Source of the DNA: Pecten maximus
Lineage: Eukaryota
NCBI RefSeq assembly: GCF_902652985.1
Contig: NC_047019.1
Coordinates: 14,382,097-14,446,096, forward strand
Direction: 5' to 3'
DNA: 64,000 bases
This document shows, in pieces, positions 12,557 through 25,543 of the stretch. The notes under the pieces were generated by a model. That model worked only from the letters and a program-made list of their open reading frames with translations, did not search any database and was not told the origin of the DNA. The number at the start of each line of letters is the position of its first letter. Position 1 is the stretch's first letter. A program made the translations under genes and the position numbers.

Positions 12557-15500
12557 TTAATCTCGCATCCGTAAATCTTCCACGCGCATGCCCGGGTGGC
12601 TGCTATATGTGACTGGCTTGAATCTGATAAAGCGTGCATGAAGGGGAGGAGTTAGCACGTGCTTGGTAACGGTGTTGACACTTGTGCTTCCGCTATACAC
12701 CTGTAATAAGAAAAATGCATCATGTAAAACATTTAGTAATTTTTAAAAGTCATCAATTCCGATCGCCTTTAGATGTCTACTATCTTCAATAAGACCGCAC
12801 AGATAGTTTTTAAATTCACTCAAACGCGGGTGAGTTGAATGGCTTATATTGGTTTTTGTATTAAACAGGTTTTATGGTTATAAGATTATGTTTTGTATTC
12901 TTCTTACCTACGGTAATATCAATATTTAATGCCGTAATCGACCTACCATGTTTGCTGTTCCGTTCTTTGTGTTTACGAAGGCATTCCCGTCAGAACTGTA
13001 CTGAAGCTGGTATTCTGATGTATAATACGTTGAGGACGTGTACCCCTGTGTAGCAATTGCGTGAACATCCATGATGTCCCCGAGATCAACCTGAATAATG
13101 CACTCAGTGTCTTTATCTTATATAACCGCAGCAAATCTTTTGGATCTTAAATTCAGACAGCAAGTCTTGGATGCTCACAGTTAGGGGTGACTTTTATCAT
13201 TATATACAACCATCCAAATTCTCACATGTTTTCACTTATTTGAATACCGGAAATCAATGAAAACATTTGAATTTTCACTGAACAACATTATGAGACAAGG
13301 TTATGGATAGCGACATCTTCTTGTTGCGACGAAGAACAGTTCAAATAATTTTATATTGGTACAATATTAAAATATCTATACTTGAACAAATTAATATCTC
13401 AATAATATAAATATAATACCTGCAACCAAGAGGCTGTATTCTGTCCGATCCAGCCTTGAGGAGCATTCAGACGTCCGTCAGAGGCCGGGATGGTCCCCAT
13501 AGGAGTAGTGAGCAGACATCTGGGCATCAGATATCGTCTTCGTCCTCTGATCTACCCCAAATGCATGAGACTCGCAGTCTAACGGAGAATCAGATAGGTT
13601 ATATTATTGTTTTTTTCATGTTCTCTTAGTCAACAATACTCGTCTGGTTCTCGCTGTTTACATAGGTATATGCATTGTCTGATTTACAATAAATAACTGT
13701 TCTCACTTCTCGAAACGAAACACGCCTGACTCTAGAACTGACATATAAAACTTTAAGTCTTCATTTACCTCTCCAATTCAAATAAAAAACAAGTATCATA
13801 TCCAAAAATTGACTAATTCTAGTATTTGTTCCGAAGTCGTGAGTATAGCAAATTTACAGATAAGTTTCCCGTAATATTCTTACTGGTAGCACATGTCGTT
13901 CCACCGTACGGTTGGCGACAAGTACAGACAAAACTGTCGATATCGTCTACGCACGTCCCTCCGTGACTGCACGGGTTACTCAGGCACTGGTTCTTCTCTG
14001 AATGAAAACACATTGTAAACAATAGCATGTCCTTTATCAGCAGATATTGTTTTGTCATTATGTTGGTAACTCGTCAACTGAAAAGGCGTATTGGAGGAAT
14101 TCGGTCGATAGTATGGGTATGTTTCTTATAAGAACGTAATCATATTTCATTGAAATGTCACCTCTTCGTTGAATCATGAATACAAGTCATTTTCCATTTC
14201 GGATGAAATGATTTCTAAATGGTTATTATGATAAGGTATGGCTTATTTAAGTACATTCTGTATAAATATTAACTTTCATTCATAGAGTGACGACTACTAG
14301 CTGCCATATTCAGTGTAATATGTTGAATATGTTTTAATATAAACACTATTCATGCCAAATAAACATATATTCAAGCTATAAGGTCATTAGAGAATATCTT
14401 CCTCCTACACATGACAGTCAATTACTCGTACTAGAATAAGAATTTAAACTTCTGTATAAAAATGATGACAACTGTAGACGTTTTTATTTGGTGGACTCAA
14501 AATTTAGCGTATTACCAAACTAAAAAAAACAAATGCAATAACGAATTGGCGTTACGATAAGATACCGCTAAAAAGTGTACGTTTACAGAAAGCACACCTC
14601 TTGTGTCGATCGAGAAGATTTGGTCGGCATATTTCCCGTGCTTGTCTGTTACCCGGATACCGAACTGATATGTAGCATCCACATCTGGTGCTGTGCCGGA
14701 TATCTGCCCGGTGGCTTTGTTTAGCACGACACCAGGCGGCAATGCACCAGAAACCTTCTCATACTTCAAGGCTCCTCCTTCGGGGTCCTAAATAAACCGT
14801 TTAATGCTCTTTGTGAATGTAATAAAAAGTTTACTTGAGTTTTCATATACGAAAAGAAACACACAAAAAGAATAAAAAACAACAAACAAAAAACACGTAC
14901 ATGTATTTAAAACCAGACTAACAAAAAAACTAAAACTTTTGAATTAATATTACAGTTCATAATTATATATTCTGTAGTTTGTTTATTGCGATTATTTATT
15001 TATTGTTTCCTATTGTTTCGTTATTTTAATTCAACTCTTTACACTTGACTTATTTTCAAATGCAAAATACTTCTTGGTTATTAACGACATACCACAGCTT
15101 CAAGATTCAGTGCAATCGAAGCTCCTCCGAGGAACGTGCCCAGTGAACCGTGAACGGATTTCAATTCCCAGACGGGAGGCATGCTGTTGACAATCTGAAA
15201 GAAAGCAGTCTACCTGTTATACATGTAGTCATTTTGTAGTTCCATGATGTTATGTTCCTCTGAGTCTCGCTATGTGTTGTTTGGTATGATTTGAAGTAAA
15301 GATCGGTATTGACAATGGTTATTGTTTTTAAGTAAGTTTAAGCCGTAACATTTTACCATTCGATCATTCAGTCCATTGGCAATGTATATCATACTTACAA
15401 AAATACCTACATCCTATTTTAAAATGTGTACAATTATCGTTCATTATCGGTCAGATATGTATATTACCTCAAAGAGCTTCAGTATATCCGTTTTACCAAT

Positions 15501-16735
15501 GTAGACAGTGCCGTTACCGGTAGGTTTCATAATGATATTTCCGCCCTGTGGACCTGCCTACATGATTATAAACAAAAAGGAATAAATTGTCCAGCTGAAT
15601 ATCAATTTGTTACAAAACATATTAAACATAGTCATGCATGTGTGCTAGAGTACTGCTTCACTTACTGTTTATAACGTTATTATTAATGCCTTCCTTTAAT
15701 ATGCTATGATTAAAACTTTTAAAAACAGTTATCGGTAAACAAAGACGTCACTTCCGGTATATATGTAAAAGGATGTAGACTTTCGGTTGAAAGAACGTAA
15801 TTAAATATTCAAGTAAGAAAGACATTGTCAGTTAATAAGCAAAATCTCGCGAATCATTAAAATAATAATGGAAGATTTTGTTTTAAAAAACAGTATGTAA
15901 TTGAAGAGAAAATTGATGCTCGTTTACTTGTACATATTGTTTATATTGACAACTATAGTAATGGTGAGGTGTACACCTACCTCCACAGTTAGGTTACCAC
16001 CGGTCTCAGCCGTAACCAATACATTTGGGTACTGTATCTCGAAAAAACTTCAAAACAAGAGTGAGTATGCAAATATATAAACATAAAACAACCAAACAAA
16101 ACAGTACAAAAACAACAACAAAAAACAAAATTGCGAAATACCAAATGCGTATACCTAGTATATTCATTCTATATATACCTACTAGGGATTTATAGATAGT
16201 TCTGTATTTCTAACTTCGGGAAATCCATGAAAGTCCAAATAAAAACACCTGTTTTCGCTCCATCCATCAATAATAAGTCATAACTAGTTTAATTTGTAAT
16301 GTAAACAGAAACTAACATCTTTTCAAAAGTTGTCATTTATGTCAATATAAAAAAAAATCAAATAGAAAATAAAAAGTCCATTTTTCAGTCATACATGAGT
16401 ATCGCCATTTTATATTAATATGGGACAATGGTAAACCTGACAATTGAGAGCAGAAATACTGGTAAAAGTATGTCCAACTATACCAGTTATAGGTGGCATG
16501 GAATGCTATATCAATATACAAGAGCGCATATATAGTCAACGATAATATATTTTCTTCAGCAGAATTTAATTAATTTCGCTTAAATATACCTTTCATGGAT
16601 ACCCAATGATATTTTTGTTGAACAATTCATTACACAGATATCCTGATAAATAAACAAAACAAAAATAATGAATTACCTTGCTAACGAGTAAGGCAGGAAG
16701 AACAGGAGAAGGTACGTTGTTTTGATGGCCGCCAT
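12557..16735 (-). CDS. Paralog C: secreted CADG(He_PIG)-EGF-discoidin domain protein; 9 exons; an apparent 1-bp insertion/frameshift in exon 13420-13578 makes it a possible pseudogene
   Basis: Minus-strand exons: 16677-16735 (MAAIKTTYLLLFFLPYSLA, signal peptide), 15981-16047 (SFFEIQYPNVLVTAETGGNLTVE), 15468-15557 (AGPQGGNIIMKPTGNGTVYIGKTDILKLFE), 15093-15194 (IVNSMPPVWELKSVHGSLGTFLGGASIALNLEAV), 14598-14787 (He_PIG: DPEGGALKYEKVSGALPPGVVLNKATGQISGTAPDVDATYQFGIRVTDKHGKYADQIFSIDTR), 13884-13997 (EGF: KNQCLSNPCSHGGTCVDDIDSFVCTCRQPYGGTTCA), 13420-13578 (discoidin part 1: DCESHAFGVDQRTKTISDAQMSAHYSYG then frame shifts to TIPASDGRLNAPQGWIGQNTASWLQ), 12947-13090 (VDLGDIMDVHAIATQGYTSSTYYTSEYQLQYSSDGNAFVNTKNGTANM), 12557-12700 (VYSGSTSVNTVTKHVLTPPLHARFIRFKPVTYSSHPGMRVEDLRMRD, stop). 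Confidence 0.75.
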
Positions 16736-18506
16736 TTTGTTTAGAGATGATGAGTTGCGCTGGAAGCCTAGAATGAGGTTCCCGGCTAACACCTGCTGAA
16801 ATGTTTCGTTGACACAGACATTAGGTTATGCCACGTGACTTTTGTGATTACCGGGTACAATGAGAAATATCTCGTCAATACCTTAGTAGATACCGTACGA
16901 CAAAACATTTTATTGCCTTCAAATATAGTTTTGTAATAAAATAACTTATAATCTTTTAAGCATGTATTTGCAACAACCACAAAAAAGGAAAAAAACTTTT
17001 AAAAAGCAAATAAGGATTTTCAAACTTTTTCAATATATTATTTCCTCAAACAGTATTTCTTTGTTAAAACCGGCAGCGCAACTTACAGCAGGTTTGTATC
17101 AGATATCTATTTTTACTTCATGCATAATTTTTACACAATATCAATCAATGTATAATTGTTTTGTTTCTTTATTTTGTGTAGGATTCAGATGAAGCTACCA
17201 TGGCTGTTTTGTAGTCGAATTCATTTTGTTTTTTATCAACTCAACTTTTCCACCCAAACAATGACCTTGTATGTATATATATATATATGTAACACGTGCA
17301 GCCGGGGTTACTTTTCACAGAGATACTAGTATTTCTACATGTGTTCATGTCTAGATTAATGCTTCTAATTTCGCGCAGTCAGATTCCACAGATGTGTGTT
17401 TTTGCGTATCTGGAGAAATCCCGACGGTAAACAACACTGATACTGACTCGTAGACGTGACAGATTATAATTAAACCCTTTAATGGGTGAATATCCCCGTT
17501 TCCAGACACTATAAGAAATTGGGTCAGGTCATTCGGAATATGTCAAAGGATGACTTGTCAATTAACGTGCAACCACTGCAACTGGAACATGCGTGATGTC
17601 ATTCTTCTAGATAAGATAAAATTGTCATTTTAACACAGTCTTGGGCTTATATGGCATTTCATCTCCCTCCCAATATATAAATAGGAAAAATATAATGTAT
17701 ATATAATATTTTTGAAAAATTTATTTAATTTCAATAAATTTTACTAATTAGAAAAACCTCATGTCCTTTAGTGGTTCTCCCCATCCAATACAACAATGTC
17801 ATAGGATGTTTTTGAAAGTACAGATGTTTTCAGATATGGAACATGAAATTTGAAATTTGAAGCAAGGAAACTTTTTAAAGAAAATAACATTTAGTATTAT
17901 ACATTTATGTTGTTTTGTTTCTACGATATATATAATTACGGGTCAAAATCATTGGACAATTTACAAATGTATTGCTTTGTCTGAAAACTTTTATCGAATG
18001 ACTAAATGTTCTGTATCGACACTAATAATTCACCTCGTCAGGCCAATTAGTTAAAATACTACTGGAACAGAGATAACAACAAATGACAAAAGATAATAAC
18101 AATAGCTGCCTGGATGGTTATTCATTTGTCAATTAAACAGAATCGGAACCATTAAATAAAATAATACAAACGAAAGAACCGTCTGTCAATGACATCAGCT
18201 TTCCATTACCATCTAAAATAGAACTACAAAAGCAGTTTTTATAAAAAACGAAGCTTAACGATATAGCTTCACAGAAGTGAGCTACTAGTATTTCTTTTCA
18301 TTGATTTTTTTCAATTTTTGAGATATTTGATTAAAAAAGATGGAAAAACAAGCATAATATATCAGACATATTTATCTACAATCAGGCTGTAATAGAAGAA
18401 ATAGGAAGTAGTTGTGTATGGGAGGCCAAACGAGAGCTCCCTAGTGATTGTGGTATCTCAGTCCATCCTCGGGGGATCACTAAACTAGATGCGAGTGTAA
18501 AACAAG

Positions 18507-20883
18507 ATGGCGAACGTGTACAACCTGTTTTCGGCTTTGATGCTGGCGATCCTTCTGATGCCACAGACTGTTTCGGCCGCTACTGAAGAGTATGTAAGTT
18601 TTTACAGTAAAATGGCCAGAATATACGCAAAATATGTCAGTTCATGTAATTATGTGAACGCGAAGTGAGGTTATTAATCTTAAGGAAATAATTCAAAGAT
18701 GCCACATCTTTGACAAAAAAATAATTATGAGATTCATGCAGTGCCAAAAGCTATATAAGCTGTATAATATATTCATACCGTCCTCCAAAATTTCAATTTT
18801 TTTCCTTATTTTGTATTATTTCATTTATTGCATCCTCAAAATATGGTAGATTGTGTTCCGCTTCTATATTTGGTATATGCATCATCGCTTTCGTTCGTCT
18901 AAGCGATCACTTTTTTATTCCTTCATTTCTTATGTTCTTTTCCTTTTATTCATTTCTATGCCATTGGTGATATTTTACGCATTTTTGTCACGGGCAGTGT
19001 GCAGGCTGTCAAACGCTGAATATTTGTTAATTGTTATGTATTTGGTACAGCTGTCACAATGATAAAGATATGGGAAACATGGTGATGCAAAATGGATATT
19101 GATCAGCTGCAATGCATCATCAAAAGCAGTTTAAGCTTTTTGTTGTTGTTTTTATTCGTAAAATGATTTTCATTTACTTCAATCCAAAATGATAACATAA
19201 ACATAAGCATATGTCTAAAAAGTGATATCATTTTACAGTCCTTTACAAGTGGATTATCCAAGTGTCATTGTCCACGCTAAAGACAATGGAAACTTCACTA
19301 TGATGGTAAGCAAGGTTCTAACATACAGTGTGTTTTAAAACTCAGCTCTATCTGTAAAATGAATTCCCATGCTATTCATGCATCTGTTTCTGATTTGAAT
19401 ATACTTTTGTAATGCATTATTATACACTAGTATTTTCAATGGATCAGTTCTAACTTCTCACTACATTACAATGGTAAGCAATAAAAGAAAATTTAATCCA
19501 TTCCATTTGTGTTTTGAATAACATATTTATGTATCGTCATGCAGGAATTTTTCATTCAACATTTTGTTATTCTTAAACATTTATAAAGTCATAGTATCCC
19601 TATTTTATTCGTATTCATGCTTATTCCATCCCGCTTGTTTTTGTCTGTTTAAGTCTGGAATCAATGGCGACATAAAACTGTTGCCCGGCGTCAACAACTC
19701 CGGAAAGGTGTACTTTGAGGGAGAGGATTTACTTTATCTCATCGAAGTAAGACCTTACAAAAATGTGATATATTATATTATGTAGCAATAATTTGAATTA
19801 CATTTCCATGGTAATTAGGGTGAATAGTTCATTTTTTGTAATGGACTCTATGCTCGCTCTCATTCTCTCTTTCTCCCATTCACCAATATCTATCCATTTT
19901 CTATGCAGGTCATACTGAGCCAGCCCCCTGTATGGTCAGAATATTCACCGTTCGGACACCTCGGAGATTTCCATGGAGGCGAGAGGGTGTACGTCCAATT
20001 GGAAGCACTGGTACATGTATTTCCTAACTCATGATATTTCATTATTTTATTAATATTTACTTACGTCCATGGTCAATGTATGTCATAATTCAATCTTCCC
20101 AAATACGAATCACAAATTATGAACCATTATCTCAAGGTTTTTTATTTGGGAGGCTGTGGTATGTTTGTGTTAAGTCTCCTTGTGATAGGCCGGATCTTTT
20201 GCCGATTTAGAGTGCTACCTCACTGAAGCATACTGCCGAAGACACCCAGCATCACACCCCACCCGGTCACATTATACTGACAACGGGCGAACCAGTCGTC
20301 CCACTCCTAATTTGCTAAGAGCTAAGCAGGAGCAGCAACTACCATTTTTAAAGACTCTGGTATGTCTCGGCCAGGGGACAGAACCCAAAGCCTTCCTCAC
20401 AGGGGCGAACGCTCAACTAAAGGCCAAAAGTGAGGGAGTGTCAAGGGAGACATTAGGAAGAAGAAAGTTGTTAAGAAAGAAGAGAAAAGATAAGATCCCA
20501 AGTTGAGTCGCCTCTTACGATCATGCAATGGGGGCAGCAGGTACAATTCTTACGCCCTACCTGCAGGGCCACCTCCCAAATACGTATCACAAATTATGAA
20601 CCATTTTCTCAAGGTTGGTAAGAGTATACGAAGATGGAGTTTGATGTAGACAACACGCAGTCAACAGTTTACATGTAATGCTTCATATTGTTATTTCATC
20701 GCTACAAACGACAAGTAAATGTTCATTAATATGTCATGATAACAAGAATACCAAGAAATCGACAAGTCTATTCGTCCATGATGCATTCACTTCCACCTAC
20801 AAAATAATCAACGATATGTGAGTCACATGTAACCATAGAAACCCTTTATTCAGTTCCTAGGTACTCGATAAAAATGACAAGAG

Positions 20884-20918
<35 letters not shown>

Positions 20919-23900
20919 TTCCCCCTAGCATTGTAAACACATAAGTGATATCTGCTTGAAATGTAGGCGGAACAACCTGTCGATTTGATGGTGATCCTGT
21001 ACACTTTACACCTTGATTTTTACCTTTCCGCGGAATACTCGCTTTTTTATATATGTATCTCTTGATTTATTTGATATGTATGTTAATTGTCCTTATATCA
21101 TCAATGTGTTTAGGATCCAGAAGGAGGTCATGTGACGTATTCTGTGGTAGCTGGTGATCTTCCTCCGGGGATAACACTTGATCCGTCTTTAGGTGAAGTA
21201 AAAGGTTTGGCTCCAGATGCTGACACGACATACACCTTCACCGTGCGCGCTACTGATTCACATGGCAAATACTCCGATAACGTACTGCAGATGAAGGTTA
21301 GAGGTGAGCAAAAACAGAGGTTTCCGACATGGAAACGAAACCGTAGTTCCATTACAAAACGAGATGAAAATACGAACGAAAACATATATATATGCATTGA
21401 CACCCTTGAAAAAGCGGAGGGAGAATAGGACCTTGCGTTTCGGATGGGGGGGGGGGGGAGTCTCTCGCTCCATCGACGATATTCGACATGGAAATAAAGG
21501 TCAAATCCGGGTTTTAAGTATATAACATACAATATGACTTCCCAATACAACAAGAATTCAGTGCAGTTGGTTTAATGAATTCAGATCTATAATTTTATCA
21601 TTGATTTTTTTTTAATTTCTAGGTGGCCATTTCTCTGTATCTTACCAATTACTGTATTTTAATATCTAGGTGACTATTTGCAGCTACCAGTATCGTCAAC
21701 AAAAGGTTGACGATACTTTAAACCTACTAATGGGGAGGAAAAATTCACCAACTCAAAAGGTCTTCCTATTCTATTGGACATGGAAGGCCACGACACGCAC
21801 CATATTTGAAACATAATATCGGTTATCATTACATAACAAAGCCTTTCCAGAAAGTTATCATTATCAACTGTTTCCCTTACTAAAGAGAGTATATTTCAAA
21901 CTACTGAATATGGCAGAATAAACTATCAAAATATAATAAGTTAGAGACTATTGCAAATTTCTTTCATTTCAATGTTCATTTCAATACAATACATGCAATC
22001 AATGTAGCGTTCGTAGTTGATACACGGCGCTGTTTCACAACAAAACATTTTCCTTCTTATCAAGGCGGACAAGTCATGTTATTAATTAATCTGATGAAAA
22101 TTCGTATTTTTATAAGTTTTTTTCGAATTGAATCTGTGTTAAAAGCCTTCATTATTACACTGGAATATAATTTGATTTTTCCTGAAATCCTTCTTTTGTT
22201 TGCACACTTTTGCTATTGGCATCACTCTGGTGAGTCCTCGAAGGACGAAACAGTTGTATGATGTCCTTACATCACTGGCGAGTCATATAGAAGGACGAAA
22301 CAGTTGTATGATATCCCTTACATCACTATCGAGTCCTAGAAGGACGAAACAATTGCATGGTGTCCTTAACATCACTGGCGAGTCATAGAAGGGCTTAGCA
22401 GATGTATAATGTCCCTAACGTCACTGGCGAGTCCTAGAAGGATGAAACAGCTGTTTGATGTCCACAAATATCACTAGCAAGTCATAGAAGGGCGAAACAG
22501 ATGTATTCTATAGTTTCAAAATCATTTTGTATTTATCAAATCCATGTCTTGGACAATCCTCTGTACAGTTCTTACTTTTTCCAAACTTCTCGATTGACGT
22601 GGTTTTAAATCGGTAAACATATCTACAAAGATCAACATACATCTTTTTATATAGAGTAATTTTAACTGGTTACGTTTGTAATTTTAGGTAGTAATTCGTG
22701 TACCAGTTCCACATGTCGACACGAAGGAATATGTCAGGACCACGTGGGCGATTTCTATTGTACCTGTATTCACCCGTACGGAGGCAAAACGTGCCAACAA
22801 GGTAGGTGTTTTGCTTTTTCTGTATTTACATATTTAACTGAATTTACTGACTAGAGCTCAGCAATTTGGATGAGACATCGAGAGTTCTGTGCTACACAAG
22901 AATACAAAGAAGGACATACCGCAGCCTCCCAATTAGATACATACACTCACTACGTTTATATGGCCATAGCTGTTGACATGACGTTTAACAATGCATGGAC
23001 AAACCAAAGCAATTATTGAGAAAATCAGTTAAAACTTTAAGTTTCAATTCTTGAACGCTAACAATATAAGGCTAATGTATCGATATCTATGTAATATTAG
23101 CTTTGTCTGACTCCAGACATGGCGTAAAGAATAGATGTTTAATTATGTCCTAGATTGCCGAAGCCATGGTCTAGGAGTGGACAGCCGACACAAAGTTGTG
23201 CCAGACGCCCACATGTCGGCATACAAAGTATACAGTAGCTACTTAGCCTACAATGGCCGTCTGTATGGGTCTGGATGGTATGGAATAGATAGTCAATCAT
23301 GGCTTCAGGTCGATTTGGGTAAGTATTGTATAGGTGGTACTGTATAAGAAGCATTGCATGTGTCCACGTTAGACTGGCCACCAGACCCTAAGTAACTATG
23401 TTAAGGATTACCAAGCTTTTGTAATACTAGATTATCTGCCCCTAGTTGGAAACTTAGAATCAGACATATCCTAGGGATCAAAATCATAAAGGTCAATTTT
23501 ATTTATAATTTTAATATTCTAGAGACAGTGGGCCAGTCTAGTGTCCACGTGTGTGCGAAGTAAGCTTAACATCTTCATAGTTTTACGTCCAGTAACCAGT
23601 TATCCGTACCACTATAGGAAATAGCATTGCTGTCCACACAGGGAATAATTTAGTGGTGAAGTCCGTAAAAACGTTACTGTTGAACACATCCGTCATAAAT
23701 CAAAACGTCTTCGATAGGTAAATGTGTTAAATGTTGGTCAAGATTGTCTGTCTATCATTACTGATATTTTGAGCAGCATTATAAACTGTTTTCTCTAATA
23801 GGAAACGTGACACAAATCCATGGTGTACAGATGCAGGGCTGCACCAGCTATTATTACACATCAAGGTTTAATCTGCAATTCAGCGTAGATGGTAATTCTT

Positions 23901-25336
23901 TCACTAATTATACCACAGATGGCGTCAGTCCCAAGGTAAGTGTTCATAAAGGAATGAACCCTCAGGGTCATCAAGATATGCCCTAGCCAAACATTATAAA
24001 CCACAAAATGTCCAAATTTAGGTATCTATCGGTATCTGGAGGAGTAACTACCATTTTTAGATATTGAGCCTCACTCACAATGGTCGAAAGCCCCACTTAC
24101 GGGAGGCGTTATTAGGAAGAATGAAGTTGCTAGGAGATAGTAGTTATAACACCCAGTGCCTCAGGCTATAACACCCAGTGGGTCATGTGACATTAAAAAA
24201 GGCGGGATTCTTTTTTGTTGGTTCAGTTTTTTTTCAAAGTTGACGAAAATGGTAAGACAATATAAATATAAGTATTGAACAGTGATTTTAATTTTATAGT
24301 CGATATGGCAGCAAGATGTATGGTGGGCAAATGTAGCATGGGAACGTACCCGTTGGCCCAACGGGTTCCCATGTCATTTGCCCACAATACATCTTGCTGC
24401 CATATCGACTATAACAACATTAAAACCACTGTTCATTGCTTAAATAACATAGGCATATAGTGGCAACTGCCTCTTAGCATTGTGTCAATGGGGGGAAAGC
24501 GGAACAAATGTAAATATTTACTTATGTTGGTGTGTGTGAGAGTGTGTGAAAGTGTGTGAGTATTTATTGGACGTGAATAATTGTATTCTTTGTACATGTA
24601 TTATCGATGCGCCTATGAGCCGTAAGGCTCTCGGCAAAATAAAGAATCAGAATCAGAAAAGGTTAATATCCCAAATTTAGTCGCCTCTTTCCAATCATCA
24701 CGCGATGGAGTAGCAAGTAAAATGCGTACGTCTTACCTGCACAGAGCCAACTTCATTGAAGTAAGCACCTTTTTAATCGTTCGTCTGGCCAAAAAGTTTT
24801 AAGACGTCTTCAAGAATTATGACAAAACCAGCAGCGGTCCTAAGGTCAAAACTGATAATTATTCACAACATATCATTTACGCGATAATTACCACCAAATT
24901 TTAAACTCATATAATCATTATCTTCGGAAGTACGTTGAAATGTTATACCTCTTTTTTCCCTTTATAACTTTAAAATGAGCGTAGGAATAAAAAAGAGATT
25001 TTGCGGAATTGGATTCATATAACCTTTCTTTTCTTGATTCATGTCTCATTATTTCTGATATCAAATGGATTGTATAGTGAAGCTTTAAGTTAATGAGATA
25101 AAATACGGTTTATACTAGTGAGATTTGTTAATGTATAGAAATGAAATTCCATGTAAGGTAGTAATTTACTTATTTCTAATTCGTAGGCCTTCCCTGGGTA
25201 TGGGAATGCCAACGTGTACAAGTCATCGTTGGCCCGCCCTGTTGACGCACGGTACGTCCGATTTGTGCCTACCCAGTGGAACCGCTCCTACAAACCTTGT
25301 ATGAAGGTGGAACTTCTGGGATGTTACTACTTATAA
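18507..25336 (+). CDS. Paralog D: secreted CADG(He_PIG)-EGF-discoidin domain protein, apparently complete 9-exon gene
   Basis: Exons: 18507-18589 (MANVYNLFSALMLAILLMPQTVSAATE, signal peptide), 19239-19305 (PLQVDYPSVIVHAKDNGNFTMM), 19654-19746 (SGINGDIKLLPGVNNSGKVYFEGEDLLYLIE), 19909-20010 (VILSQPPVWSEYSPFGHLGDFHGGERVYVQLEAL), 21114-21303 (He_PIG: DPEGGHVTYSVVAGDLPPGITLDPSLGEVKGLAPDADTTYTFTVRATDSHGKYSDNVLQMKVR), 22688-22801 (EGF: SNSCTSSTCRHEGICQDHVGDFYCTCIHPYGGKTCQQ), 23154-23318 (discoidin: DCRSHGLGVDSRHKVVPDAHMSAYKVYSSYLAYNGRLYGSGWYGIDSQSWLQVDLG), 23802-23935 (ETVTQIHGVQMQGCTSYYYTSRFNLQFSVDGNSFTNYTTDGVSPK), 25187-25336 (AFPGYGNANVYKSSLARPVDARYVRFVPTQWNRSYKPCMKVELLGCYYL, stop). All GT-AG, phase-consistent. 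Introns contain a retroposon copy, a C33 homopolymer and a 54-bp tandem repeat. Confidence 0.82.
20140..20574 (+). mobile_element. Roughly 530-bp non-autonomous retroposon family, copy 1 (5'-truncated), in intron of paralog D
   Basis: Shares ..GTTAAGTCTCCTTGTGATAGGCCGGA.CTTTTGCCGATTTAGAGTGCTACCTCACTGAAGCATACTGCCGAAGACACCCAGCA..CCCGGTCACATTATACTGACAACGGGCGAACCAGTCGTCCCACTCC..GTCGCCTCTTACGATCATGCAATGGGGGCAGCAGGTACAATTCTTACGCCCTACCTGCAGGGC with 10 other copies. Flanked by 42-bp near-identical direct repeats at 20098-20139 and 20575-20616. Confidence 0.7.
20886..20918. repeat. C33 homopolymer, with a G13 run at 21446-21458, flanking the He_PIG exon of paralog D
   Basis: Read directly from the sequence: GAGAAC(C)33TTCCCCC, and GGAT(G)13AGTC about 140 bp after the exon. 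Confidence 0.9.
22222..22505. repeat. Minisatellite, period about 50-54 bp, about 5.5 copies, in intron of paralog D
   Basis: Unit CATCACTGGCGAGTC(C/A)TAGAAGGACGAAACAGTTGTATGATGTCC(C)TTA repeated with point changes. Confidence 0.7.
24296..24413. repeat. Near-perfect palindrome about 118 bp, in intron of paralog D
   Basis: TCGATATGGCAGCAAGATGTA..GGGCAAATG..CATGGGAACG..CCCGTTGG|CCCAACGGG..CCCATG..ATTTGCCC..TACATCTTGCTGCCATATCGA. Confidence 0.75.
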
Positions 25337-25477
25337 CTTAAATCTTTGAATGTGCTTATGTTTCGACAATAAAAATACGTTTTCTTGTATTTATTGATTA
25401 CTTGTCCTTTAAGGTACGCCTTCTGTAGTTAGACCCCTTCCCTATTTTTCTCAGTGTCATTTAGCCCGAGTTTCCTC

Positions 25478-25543
25478 TGGCCCTGACACCATGTCTGGTG
25501 TAGGGCCCCTACACCAGACATGGTGTCAGGGCCAGAGGAAAAT
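25478..25543. repeat. Perfect 66-bp palindrome just downstream of the paralog D stop codon
   Basis: CCTCTGGCCCTGACACCATGTCTGGTGTAGGGCCCCTACACCAGACATGGTGTCAGGGCCAGAGG. Confidence 0.8.
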
